DNA of 50,378 nucleotides from a virus (Duplodnaviria; Heunggongvirae; Uroviricota; Caudoviricetes): IMG/VR virus record IMGVR_UViG_2562617057_000009, positions 1 to 50,378 of that record; one strand, 5' to 3'. Shown piece by piece: positions 49,714 to 50,378 of this stretch (position 1 is its first letter; each line of letters starts with the position of its first letter). The notes under the pieces were generated by a model. It saw only the letters and a program-made list of their open reading frames with translations, ran no database searches and was not told where the DNA came from. The position numbers and the translations under genes were made by a program.

Positions 49714-49737
49714 GCCGGAGAAATCCGGCTTTTTTTA
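49714..49737 (+). terminator. intrinsic terminator
   Basis: Hairpin gccggagaaatccggc plus TTTTTTT. Confidence 0.7.
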
Positions 49738-49765
49738 CGGGTCCTTTCCGGCATATGGACCCGTT

Positions 49766-50060
49766 ACGGGGCGGGAGCGGCGCAGAATTTCACTATTTAT
49801 GAAAATTTTTCGGAAACCATGTCCGGTTTTTCTGGGAGTTAACTATTTGAAAAATATAAAAATTCACTTTCCGTGAACCGGACATGCGCAAAAATTGAAC
49901 ACTCAAACCGGACATATATGCCGCGTTTCATAAAGTTGTTCGCAAGATGCATGTTTAAAACGCATGAGGGGAGATTTTTTGGCGAGGTGAACAGTGGCTA
50001 CTCAGACTGAAGTTGCCAGGCATTTGAGTCTGACCGATCGCCAGCTTCGCAGATTACAGA
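49766..50060. other. cos region B: near-identical copy of 22833-23127 (cosN, ACCGGACAT repeats, first 23 Nu1 codons) with a ~55-bp divergent internal block
   Basis: Direct comparison of the two stretches. Confidence 0.6.
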
Positions 50061-50062
50061 AA
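49994..50062 (+). pseudogene. 5' fragment (23 codons) of a Nu1-type terminase small subunit gene
   Basis: MATQTEVARHLSLTDRQLRRLQKL identical to the Nu1 start at 23059, then diverges. Confidence 0.55.
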
Positions 50063-50093
50063 TTGTTCCCCCATCACTATGGAGACCATAACC

Positions 50094-50378
50094 ATGACCG
50101 ACGCCGAACTACTGAAAGTAATCCGCCGTATTACCGGAATCAGTCAGGCAACAGGCAAACAGGTGGCCACGCAGCCGGACAGCGTGACAGCCGAAAACTA
50201 TGCGCGTGTTGTTGCTGAGGTTATGCGCCGTGACGGTATTGAGCTTAACGGCGTGGATATGCGCAACATACGAACCAGAGTCCTTGAGTTGCTGGCATAC
50301 CGTCGCCGTTCTCAACAACGGAGGGAGAGCATGAAAAATACTTACCAGTGGAAGAAGCCGGAACGGTTGCGGCGGTAG
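50094..50378 (+). CDS. hypothetical small basic protein next to cos B
   Basis: 94-aa ORF after GGAGA; stop is at the window edge. Confidence 0.4.
   Translation: MTDAELLKVIRRITGISQATGKQVATQPDSVTAENYARVVAEVMRRDGIELNGVDMRNIRTRVLELLAYRRRSQQRRESMKNTYQWKKPERLRR

Overview
Enterobacterial (E. coli/Shigella-type) chromosome segment; the ipaH effector and four IS elements (IS1, IS600-like, IS186, IS110-family) suggest Shigella. (1) Positions 17-32416 are a ~32.4-kb lambdoid prophage inserted in host mlrA (yehV), bounded by a 21-bp direct repeat. It carries an integrase with an in-frame TAG, xis, an early-left block of uncharacterised genes, cI/cro, several antirepressor genes, O-like/DnaC-like/DnaB-like replication genes, ninH, a 933W-type Q, four tRNAs, a phage-21-type lysis cassette, a ParD/RelE-like pair, cos, Nu1 and a terminase A truncated by IS1 (head and tail genes missing up to the 3' end of J), then lom, stf, a tfa-like gene, ipaH with a MxiE box, a methyltransferase and dinI. 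No stx genes lie between the tRNAs and the holin. (2) Host genes yehU-yehT-yehS-yehR-yehQ-yehP-yehM follow, with yehL truncated by IS186. (3) Right of IS186 is a degraded P4-type primase island (primase split by an IS110-family element, iteron array, SSB, lambda E-like capsid gene, D-like gene, two cos-like sites). The most interesting signal is at 10306-12478: three tandem modules, each a structured leader followed by a Rha-like gene, whose helices show compensatory base changes between copies and whose architecture resembles the P1 c4/ImmI antisense system with three different specificities. All calls are from reading the sequence and recalled family features; no database search was run.
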